From Bacillota bacterium (GTDB lineage Bacteria; Bacillota; Clostridia; Christensenellales; CAMQZB01), in NCBI GenBank assembly GCA_044426085.1, contig JAWXUU010000011.1:3069-67068 (forward strand): 64,000 bases of DNA, read 5' to 3'. Of the stretch, positions 10,464 through 18,043 are shown piece by piece. Each line of letters starts with the position of its first letter. Position 1 is the first letter of the stretch. The position numbers and the translations under genes were made by a program. Below the pieces are notes generated by a model. The model was not told the origin of the DNA, ran no database searches, and worked only from the letters and a program-made list of their open reading frames with translations.

Positions 10464-10485
10464 TGGGTAAGTTTTTGGGTAAGTT
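10464..10485. promoter_or_regulatory. Candidate arm-type integrase binding sites (2 x TGGGTAAGTT, 12-bp period)
   Basis: Direct repeats at 10464-10473 and 10476-10485, abutting the int stop. A third copy lies at 23258-23267 near the other end of E1. Confidence 0.5.
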
Positions 10486-11588
10486 CAGACCATTTTTTCT
10501 GCCTGTTCATATTCAAAATCATCCCTAACTTTCGTGTATACATTCATGGTCATATCTATCTTGCTGTGCCCCATCCACTTCTGCACAACCTTTGCTGGTA
10601 TTCCTTTTTCGTGGCAAATAGTCGCAAATGTCGTTCTTAAATCCTTTAGCGTTTTGTCTGGGATAATAAGATGAAAATGCTTCAGCATTGTCCGCATATT
10701 CAACTTTTCAAAAACTCTATCTTCCAGAACTTCGCCATCTGGGAAAAGCTTCTCCACGTTGGGGAACAGTGGAACAGTCCGCCTTGCGCCTTTGGTCTTA
10801 GTTCCACGCAAGTATATTGTCCTTTTCTCTCTGTCTATATCCGACATTCGCAACCGCAAGCCTTCACCAGCGCGCGCGCCGGTGAAAAGGCAAAATAAAA
10901 AATATCTGTTTTCAAGAACGTTAGTGTCAAGATTAAGCAGCTGCTGTATCTGATCTTGAGAAAGATATTCCGACTTGATTTCTGCCAGTGGCGCTATTGT
11001 CAAACCTTCAGCAACATTTTCTTTGATGTGCTTGTTTCTTATTGCGCATTTGAAAATATCACTAATATAATATTTAAGTTTCTTCTGTGAAGTGTGTCCA
11101 GCTTTCATGCTGTTGATGCATTGTTGGATGTCCTTATGTGTGACTTTGCGCAGCTCCTTATTTTCCAGTGTTGGATATAAGCTGATTGTGACCAGTGATT
11201 TTATATTGGATAATGTTTTGGGCGTTATCTTGCCTTCTTTATAAAGTTCCAGATATTCCTCAAACCATTCTCCGAAAGTGATTTTCTTTTTTTGTTGTAT
11301 TTCTTTTTTCTCGGTTTTGTTTTCATCCCTCCATTTTTTAAATTTTTTGTTGACTTCGAGCTTTGTCTTTCCGTAAATTGATTTTGAAACGCCATCTTGG
11401 CGAACTCTCAGCTCATACGTTCCGTTCGCTCGTGTTCTTATTTTAGCTTTTGTCATGTCTGATATCTCCTTTTCGATTTCAGCACATCCCATAGCTTGCC
11501 CACTCTGTTCTCGCTCTTTCGTATACTCCATGAGTATAGTTGTAAGCTTCAGTATCTCTTCTAACATCCTCTTTTGAAAATTGTCCAT
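10485..11588 (-). CDS. Tyrosine recombinase / phage-type integrase
   Basis: Arm-binding-type N-terminus (ANGTYELRVRQDGVSKSIYGKTKLE) and a C-terminal catalytic region (ARAGEGLRLRMSDID, RTVPL, LRTTFATICHEKG, GHSKIDMTMNVY). AAGGAGGG lies before ATG 11588. An alternative internal start at 11456 also has AAGGAG. Confidence 0.9.
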   Translation of the reverse strand: MDNFQKRMLEEILKLTTILMEYTKEREQSGQAMGCAEIEKEISDMTKAKIRTRANGTYELRVRQDGVSKSIYGKTKLEVNKKFKKWRDENKTEKKEIQQKKKITFGEWFEEYLELYKEGKITPKTLSNIKSLVTISLYPTLENKELRKVTHKDIQQCINSMKAGHTSQKKLKYYISDIFKCAIRNKHIKENVAEGLTIAPLAEIKSEYLSQDQIQQLLNLDTNVLENRYFLFCLFTGARAGEGLRLRMSDIDREKRTIYLRGTKTKGARRTVPLFPNVEKLFPDGEVLEDRVFEKLNMRTMLKHFHLIIPDKTLKDLRTTFATICHEKGIPAKVVQKWMGHSKIDMTMNVYTKVRDDFEYEQAEKMV

Positions 11589-11696
11589 AAATATAGACCC
11601 TCCTTATTTGTCGTAAGGAAAGTCTACACTATATATTTTTTAAATATAAGTCTTGTCTTTTGAGTGAATATATAATAATATATTATATTATTATAT

Positions 11697-12497
11697 TTAG
11701 GTTTTTTCTTTAGGTCTTTTAATTATGTAGATAATTAACATTAATAGTATTGTGCATAAAAATGTTATAATCAAATATTGTAAACTCTGTAATTGTTTTT
11801 CTGCACTATCTTTTATATAAAAATTATAGATGCCATTATTTCGCATATTAATATATTTTGTATAATAAATATAATAACCAAGAGAAGTAAAAACTGAACC
11901 CCAAGCTATTAATAATATTATTTTTAGGAATATGCTTGAGTATAATATTTTTAAATTTGCAAAAATGCTAGGATATTCAAAAGATTCTGGTGATAACTCT
12001 TCTGTTGTATCATTTTTTTCTTCAATTATTTGTTGAGTAGGTGGGATAATATCTGGTAACTCTTTATGTGTTGTTGGTTCTTCAGCTTGAATTTTTTTTA
12101 TTTTTGATTTTGTTGGTGCTGTTATTATGATTATTAATATAACTAAGTAAATTAGCGGGTGCATTGTTTTTACAAGTATAGGGTTATATTGTGATGCTAA
12201 TGAGCCTAAAGCACTCGATGCTAGTAAGCTTATAGTTTCCAATGCGAGAATATCTTCATGTGTTGCAGTAAATAAATATCCATTTGATTGATGTGTTACT
12301 ATAACAAAATAATTTTCTCCTATTGGATTTTGGTAGTATTTTATTGATGATATGCCTGTAAGAGTATTTACTGCACTAGATAATGAATTAATGTTTATTG
12401 ATGATGTATCTGTTGTTATAAGCCCATAATCTGTTGATAGTATTTGGTAGTTAAATAGCATTATAAGAAATAATATTCCTATTGAAAATTTCTTCAT
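11697..12497 (-). CDS. Hypothetical multi-pass membrane protein (lysogeny-module cargo)
   Basis: 266 aa. AAGGTGA RBS. N-terminal signal-like helix, a mid helix and C-terminal helices. Extremely AT-rich. It sits between the repressor and int. Confidence 0.6.
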   Translation of the reverse strand: MKKFSIGILFLIMLFNYQILSTDYGLITTDTSSININSLSSAVNTLTGISSIKYYQNPIGENYFVIVTHQSNGYLFTATHEDILALETISLLASSALGSLASQYNPILVKTMHPLIYLVILIIIITAPTKSKIKKIQAEEPTTHKELPDIIPPTQQIIEEKNDTTEELSPESFEYPSIFANLKILYSSIFLKIILLIAWGSVFTSLGYYIYYTKYINMRNNGIYNFYIKDSAEKQLQSLQYLIITFLCTILLMLIIYIIKRPKEKT

Positions 12498-12506
12498 AAT
12501 ATCACC

Positions 12507-12875
12507 TTATTTATATCTTTGTTGTTGCTCTTCTAATATTGCTGCAGCTCTTCCAAGTAGCTTCCAGCGATACTCTTTTTCTAAAGCTTCCCAAAATTGC
12601 TTCATTTCTTCATCTTCACGTGAGAGTTTTTTAGGTTGTGTTTTATATTCAATTACACCAAAGTCATTTTCTCTTCCAATTAAAAAATCAGTTGTACAAT
12701 TAAAAAAAATCGCAATTTTCTCAAGATAATCTATTGTTGGCCTTTGATTTTTGTTGAACCAGCCATTTATTGTTGTGTATGGGATTTTACACTGTATGGA
12801 TAATTGTCTTTGATTAATTTGGTTTTCAAACATTAATTCCTTTACTCTAATTGTAAATTTTTCTTGAACTTCCAT
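12507..12875 (-). CDS. XRE-family HTH repressor (cI-like)
   Basis: HTH_3-like QRQLSIQCKIPYTTINGWFNKNQRPTIDYLEKIAIFFNCTTDFLIGRE. Divergent from the rightward operon. Confidence 0.8.
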   Translation of the reverse strand: MEVQEKFTIRVKELMFENQINQRQLSIQCKIPYTTINGWFNKNQRPTIDYLEKIAIFFNCTTDFLIGRENDFGVIEYKTQPKKLSREDEEMKQFWEALEKEYRWKLLGRAAAILEEQQQRYK

Positions 12876-12924
12876 AATTTTACCTTTTTTGTTACATTAT
12901 ACTTTAGATATACTTAAAAAGGTA

Positions 12925-12953
12925 TTGACATACGTAATTAAGTATGTTATTAT
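12925..12953 (+). promoter_or_regulatory. E1 rightward promoter with overlapping palindromic operator
   Basis: TTGACA (12925-12930), 17 nt, TGtTATTAT (12948-12953). The 18-bp near-palindrome CATACGTAATTAAGTATG (12929-12946) fills the spacer. Confidence 0.6.
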
Positions 12954-13075
12954 ATATCTAATTCAGTATATATGTCTTAAACGGTATAATTTAATACACG
13001 TAGACTAACACGCTGAAAAATGCGTTTAGAATAAAATTGTGATGCTTGGAAATGACAGCATCAAAGGAGATTAAA

Positions 13076-13489
13076 ATGGAAGAAATGAAAAACAAACAAC
13101 AAGTAAATGGTGAAAAACCAGGTCAACAAGCAACTGCTGAAAAATCTGAAGAAAAGCCGATTGTTGAAGTTGTTGAGCAAAAATCAATGTTCTTGGGTAA
13201 GCAAGTACAAACTTACGTTAAGGACTTTGCAACTGGGGAGTGTGCCGAAACTCGTAAAATTTCAGTAGGGATTAAGGTGTCTGAAGATGATGGTCCAGGA
13301 TTTGGAATGCTTGCAAAAACATATTCTGTTAATCAAGCTGCTTTCGATGCATCTTATTATGCAGCTGAAGTTGGTGATGCTTGTAGTATCACAACCGAGC
13401 GTACTACATATGATGGCAAAACTTCAGAACGTGTGAAAGCATTCTTGATCAGGAAGCCAGACGGTAAAATCTATGGTATAGAGTGGTAA
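13076..13489 (+). CDS. Hypothetical protein (first gene of E1 rightward operon)
   Basis: AAGGAG 7 nt before ATG 13076 (track ORF opens at a TTG at 13046). 137 aa with an acidic/Lys-rich N-terminus. No family recognised. Confidence 0.6.
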   Translation: MEEMKNKQQVNGEKPGQQATAEKSEEKPIVEVVEQKSMFLGKQVQTYVKDFATGECAETRKISVGIKVSEDDGPGFGMLAKTYSVNQAAFDASYYAAEVGDACSITTERTTYDGKTSERVKAFLIRKPDGKIYGIEW

Positions 13490-13721
13490 TTTTTTTCATA
13501 AAAGCTTTGGGGTATTGGGCTTATCAATTCTCCACCAATAGTAACTAAGTACAAAGTAACATTTTTTTCATACATGTGGCTAGGGGATTGCCCTTAAAAT
13601 CCCTTCTCTTTATGCAAATATTCACTATTTGCATATTTGTATATATAGCGTTTATAAGAATTTAGATTGCTTGCAATTTAAAAATATAAAATAAGCTGGT
13701 GTTCCCAGCGGAGGTAATAAT

Positions 13722-13979
13722 ATGTGGATTGGTAAAACCAAAAAAGGTAAAGACGTGACGCTTCTGACTCCTTCTGAAAAGTATGAGAAGTATACTAAAG
13801 AAAAAAAGTCTGGGTATAAGTATACAAATTCTGGACGTCCTAAACTTAATGAAAAGAAACAATGGATAAAATTGTCTTCAGAAGAAAAGGCTTATCGTGA
13901 TGGTTATAGAGCTCATGCAATTGATTCTTCTAAAGTCTATAATTCGAAGAACAATAAAAAGAAAACATCTAGGTATTAG
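13722..13979 (+). CDS. Hypothetical small basic protein
   Basis: GGAGG RBS. 85 aa, Lys-rich. Confidence 0.55.
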   Translation: MWIGKTKKGKDVTLLTPSEKYEKYTKEKKSGYKYTNSGRPKLNEKKQWIKLSSEEKAYRDGYRAHAIDSSKVYNSKNNKKKTSRY

Positions 13980-13990
13980 GGGGTAAACAA

Positions 13991-14242
13991 ATGAATTGGA
14001 AAGTAATCGCTATTATATTAGCAGTTGTCTTGGTGCTAGTTATAGTTTCGTGTGGTGTGTTTACAACTGACACCGAAGAAGAAGCTCTGGAAACGGGTGA
14101 ATCGTTTGAATTGTCTGGTTCAATCGAATCAGATACAATGTCAAGTTATATGAGCCTTTTAACAGATAATTGGCTTATGATTGCTCTTGTTATTCTCGCT
14201 TGCTATGCCGGCAAGAGCTACGTCGACTATAAATTAAGATAA
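13991..14242 (+). CDS. pVIII-like small membrane protein (candidate major coat protein)
   Basis: 83 aa. It has a signal-like helix (WKVIAIILAVVLVLVIVSCG), an acidic segment (TTDTEEEALETGESFELSG...) and a hydrophobic helix (WLMIALVILACYAG), and ends in the basic tail KSYVDYKLR. Homologue in E2 at 39164-39427. Confidence 0.6.
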   Translation: MNWKVIAIILAVVLVLVIVSCGVFTTDTEEEALETGESFELSGSIESDTMSSYMSLLTDNWLMIALVILACYAGKSYVDYKLR

Positions 14243-14259
14243 TAGGAGTTAAATAAAAA

Positions 14260-15564
14260 ATGAAATCAAAAATTAAAAATAATAAAAAAATATTGTTGTT
14301 GTTGGTGCTTACCCTTGTTATTGCACTGACTTACTCACTTTGTGTAGGTTTCACCTACGCCGAAGACACACCGAGATATATCTCTGACGACTATGGTATC
14401 GCAACAACTGATATTGTTAACGAAGAAACTCCAGCTGCGGATCCGGAAGACGGCAGCGTAGGTGATATCACTGAAACTTCTTACGATATTGGTCAAGCTA
14501 CATATGAATATGACGACATCGATGCTGATGAGCTTGCTGAATCAACATATGCTCCAGTTATCTCGCCAACAGACTCTGTGACTATAACAGCTTCAGTTGT
14601 TTATTCAGATACTGCAATTGATGAAACTGGATATTTGCAAATCATTGCAAAAACTCCATCAGATACAGTCTTTGCAAACTATGATGAAGTTATCACAGTG
14701 GCGGATTCAATCACATCAGAAACATCTTACACTGGTTCTTATACATTCTCAAACCTTGAAGCCGGCGAATATGAATTCATGTTCATGTTCTACACTTCAG
14801 CTGACGAAGTTGATGCAGTTTATTCAGTAGTCCAAACTGTTATGGTTTCAGGTTCTATCACAGAAATGTCAACAATCTCTTCAATCACAGTAAATTATGG
14901 CAGCTGCGTTTTCGCAAGCTTTACTCATGAAGCAGATGAAAACATGGGTACACTAGCTTATAACTGGTATATCGACGATGAATATTTCACAACAACTGAA
15001 GACCCTGAAATTGATATTTGCAATATGCCGGTTGGTGAATATGTAATGTATTGCAACATCGTTCCAGAAGTGGGCGTAGCAACAAAAACAAATTCATTTA
15101 ACGTGACAGTTCTTGCTATTGTTTCAGATGATGATGTTGTTATTGTATCTCCAACTTCAGTTGAAATCACTGAAGGCGAAAACGCAACTGTTATGGTTGA
15201 TGTTTCTGCACCAGCAGATTCAACAATCTCTTATATTTGGTATGTTTCTAATGTTCAAATCACAGATGTAAACAATTCGATTGTTTCTTTCTCTGGTCTT
15301 TCAGTCGGTGAATATTCTGTTTACTGTGTAGTCACTGTGGACGGTGTTTCTTATGAAACAGATGCAGCAACAATCACAGTTATTGAAAATACTTCAGTGG
15401 GCGTGACAGACACAGATACAGACACAGATACAGACGCTGATGCAGATGCAGAAGATGAAGAAGAAAGCACTCTTGACGGAATTCTTGAGTTCTTGAAAAC
15501 TTACTGGCTAATAATCGGTTGTATCATTGTTGTTGTCTTTGTTATCTATAAAAAGAAGCAATAA
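14260..15564 (+). CDS. Secreted, C-terminally anchored surface protein with two Ig-like modules
   Basis: 434 aa. N-terminal signal/TM, acidic region, two W(Y)..G.Y..YC modules, (TD)n/(AD)n acidic linker, and a TM helix ending YKKKQ. Homologue in E2 at 39445-40902. Confidence 0.75.
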   Translation: MKSKIKNNKKILLLLVLTLVIALTYSLCVGFTYAEDTPRYISDDYGIATTDIVNEETPAADPEDGSVGDITETSYDIGQATYEYDDIDADELAESTYAPVISPTDSVTITASVVYSDTAIDETGYLQIIAKTPSDTVFANYDEVITVADSITSETSYTGSYTFSNLEAGEYEFMFMFYTSADEVDAVYSVVQTVMVSGSITEMSTISSITVNYGSCVFASFTHEADENMGTLAYNWYIDDEYFTTTEDPEIDICNMPVGEYVMYCNIVPEVGVATKTNSFNVTVLAIVSDDDVVIVSPTSVEITEGENATVMVDVSAPADSTISYIWYVSNVQITDVNNSIVSFSGLSVGEYSVYCVVTVDGVSYETDAATITVIENTSVGVTDTDTDTDTDADADAEDEEESTLDGILEFLKTYWLIIGCIIVVVFVIYKKKQ

Positions 15565-15581
15565 AAATATAAGGGGTTTAT

Positions 15582-16337
15582 ATGAGAAAAAAAATATATA
15601 AACTCACTGTTTTCATTGTTTTGTTAACTCTTAGCTTTGCACTCTTCTCTGGCTTTACTTGGTGTCCTTATTGCAGTGAGTTATGTGAAGATTGCGGAGC
15701 AACGGGTTCAAGCAGTGAGTGTATTGATATGACACGTTATATATCTGAAGATGATTATTATTCCTATGCTGAAGACGAATACTTCTCTTGGGGATATGAA
15801 AAATTGTGTTTGGATATAAAGGGAACGTATGTTTGTGAATTGTGTTGGACAGTTACGCAAGCGGAAAATGATGATGTTTATTATTATGTAAACTATGAAA
15901 CGGGGATTGAATACATCTCTTACACTTGCCCAAATTGCGAAAATGTCCACATTATTCAGCTGAGCGATATCGTTTGGGAAGATTATTCTTATACGTATTA
16001 TGCTGACTATTTGACGGCTGTTTTCTTCCCTTGTGAAGATTTCAGTTTTGCATATGGCTGTCAAGCTGAAGACTGTGCAACTTGCGACGGTGTTGGTTAT
16101 TCACTTTGCAATCATCCAACAGTAGATACTGAAGATTTAGATATTGAAGATGAGTCCGACTCTGATGCCGGTGATGACGTTCCAACGGTCGACACAACGC
16201 AAAGCGCAACAAGCTCTGATGTAACTTTCTTCTCTGATGCATTTGAATGGGTGGAAGCAAATATTTTTATATCAATAATAATTGGTGGAGTAGTGATTAT
16301 CCTTTTGTTATTGCTTATTAAGAAAATGATGGGTTAA
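15582..16337 (+). CDS. Cys-rich secreted, C-terminally anchored protein
   Basis: 251 aa. Signal/TM, CxxC motifs (CPYC, CEDC, CELC, CPNC, CATCDGVG), acidic linker, and a TM helix ending KKMMG. Confidence 0.7.
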   Translation: MRKKIYKLTVFIVLLTLSFALFSGFTWCPYCSELCEDCGATGSSSECIDMTRYISEDDYYSYAEDEYFSWGYEKLCLDIKGTYVCELCWTVTQAENDDVYYYVNYETGIEYISYTCPNCENVHIIQLSDIVWEDYSYTYYADYLTAVFFPCEDFSFAYGCQAEDCATCDGVGYSLCNHPTVDTEDLDIEDESDSDAGDDVPTVDTTQSATSSDVTFFSDAFEWVEANIFISIIIGGVVIILLLLLIKKMMG

Positions 16338-16340
16338 AAT

Positions 16341-17906
16341 ATGAAAAAGATATGTAAGAAAAATAAAAATGTGCCAATTATCGCTGTTATTATTATATCA
16401 GTGATTTTTGGCATATTTTGCTTTCCAGCAGTTGCTTTCGCAGATGTTTATGTTGATTCTTACATATACGATTGTCCTGATTGTGAAAGTGGCACTGTCA
16501 CAAATCATCTAATATATGATTGTTCTGTATACGGCTGTATTGATGGTACGATTTCTTCAGATGTTACAACCACTTGCACAAGTTGTTCTGGGAATGCTGT
16601 TCTTTATACATATACTTCAACAACATGTTCGGCGTGTTCTGGGCTTGGCTATTATTATTCTTATAGCTATGATGGAGATGAAAGTAAACCTGAGTTTGTT
16701 AAAATTTTTGGTTGTACTGCATGCGGTGGATATGGTAGTGGTAATGAGTATAATGGAAGGACGTTTAGTTCTGCATTTTCATCTGCAATTACTTCTTTTG
16801 AGTCTTATATATCTTCCGGCACTGCGGCTTATGGTGCTGGAGTGATAACGTCTGTATCTTCAGCTGATTGTCCTTCATGTACTGATGGAAATATTTATTC
16901 CACAGCTTTTTCCGATTGTCCAGTATGTGTTGATGGAATTGTTGATGAAGTTTATTATACATCTTGTGATATATGTGATACTTTAGGTATTATTTTAGAC
17001 TCAAATGTATACACCTTCGATTGTCCAGATTGCACTGATGGAACATACACCACAGCAACAACAACTGACTGTCCAAACTGTACCGATGGAACAAAAACAA
17101 CCACAACAACGTCAACTTGCACGTCTTGCACAAATGGTTATGACTATTCATCTTTCTGCCTGAATTGTAGCGGTTATGGTTATTATGTAGAACCTATTTA
17201 TTATAAAAATACAACTTTAGTGGGGTATCTTCTATATGGATGCACTACTTGCGGGGGTTCGGGTTCATCTTCTGCGGTTGAATATGCCGATTTAGATTTT
17301 GATAATATAACATACGGTTGTGGAAAGGGTGATTGCTCCGATTGTGTTGGTGGGTTGATTTACACTGATACAATCTCCGATTGTACAACTTGCGGTGGTG
17401 AAGCTGTTTTATATGGCGACACTACATATGAATGCCCGACATGTTCTGGCATATCTTGCGTATTTAAAGGTATTGACATCCTCACAGTCTTGCCTGATGT
17501 TGCAATCCTTGACGATTCTTCTATAAATGTATCATTCGATACGTATGAAATAAATGACGTGGGCACTGTTGAATATATCTGGGTTATAAACAATAGTATC
17601 TATTCTTCTTCAAGCTCGCCAAATTTGGAACTTTCTTCAATTCCTATTGGAACTTACAAAGCTTATTGCATTGTGCTTTCGCAGTATGGGTTCACAACAG
17701 AAACGAATGAATTTACAATTTATTGTATTGATATAAATGACTATGGAAGCTTAGATTCTTCTGATAGTAGTGATAATTTTTCATTCACGGATGTGTTTTC
17801 TTCCGTGCTTGGGAATGGTTTTTCTAATGTAATTTTAATAACGGTATGTGCTGTGATTTTAATCCTTTTCTTATGCGTTATTTTTCTATATATAAAAAGG
17901 GGGTAA
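16341..17906 (+). CDS. Secreted protein with array of DnaJ-type CxxCxGxG / CxxCxDG knuckles, an Ig-like module and a C-terminal anchor
   Basis: 521 aa. I count 15 CxxC motifs (for example CSACSGLG, CTACGGYG, CLNCSGYG, CTTCGGSG, CPDCTDG, CPNCTDG). It also has one W..G.Y..YC module and a TM helix ending YIKRG. Confidence 0.8.
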   Translation: MKKICKKNKNVPIIAVIIISVIFGIFCFPAVAFADVYVDSYIYDCPDCESGTVTNHLIYDCSVYGCIDGTISSDVTTTCTSCSGNAVLYTYTSTTCSACSGLGYYYSYSYDGDESKPEFVKIFGCTACGGYGSGNEYNGRTFSSAFSSAITSFESYISSGTAAYGAGVITSVSSADCPSCTDGNIYSTAFSDCPVCVDGIVDEVYYTSCDICDTLGIILDSNVYTFDCPDCTDGTYTTATTTDCPNCTDGTKTTTTTSTCTSCTNGYDYSSFCLNCSGYGYYVEPIYYKNTTLVGYLLYGCTTCGGSGSSSAVEYADLDFDNITYGCGKGDCSDCVGGLIYTDTISDCTTCGGEAVLYGDTTYECPTCSGISCVFKGIDILTVLPDVAILDDSSINVSFDTYEINDVGTVEYIWVINNSIYSSSSSPNLELSSIPIGTYKAYCIVLSQYGFTTETNEFTIYCIDINDYGSLDSSDSSDNFSFTDVFSSVLGNGFSNVILITVCAVILILFLCVIFLYIKRG

Positions 17907-17908
17907 TC

Positions 17909-18040
17909 ATGAATAAACTCTTGATGTTTTTGGTATTGGTAATTGTTTTGTTGTTTACTCTGGATTCTTTGGGATATGTCGATTATTTCGATTTCATCGA
18001 ACCAGGGCAAGCAGTGTTTAGTAATATATTTGGAGAGTAA
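17909..18040 (+). CDS. Conserved 43-aa hydrophobic micro-protein
   Basis: MNKLLMFLVLVIVLLFTLDSLGYVDYFDFIEPGQAVFSNIFGE. GGGGG RBS. Same position and clear similarity to E2 43255-43395 (..LGYIDFFEFVEPDTAIFS..IFGE). Confidence 0.65.
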   Translation: MNKLLMFLVLVIVLLFTLDSLGYVDYFDFIEPGQAVFSNIFGE

Positions 18041-18043
18041 GAT

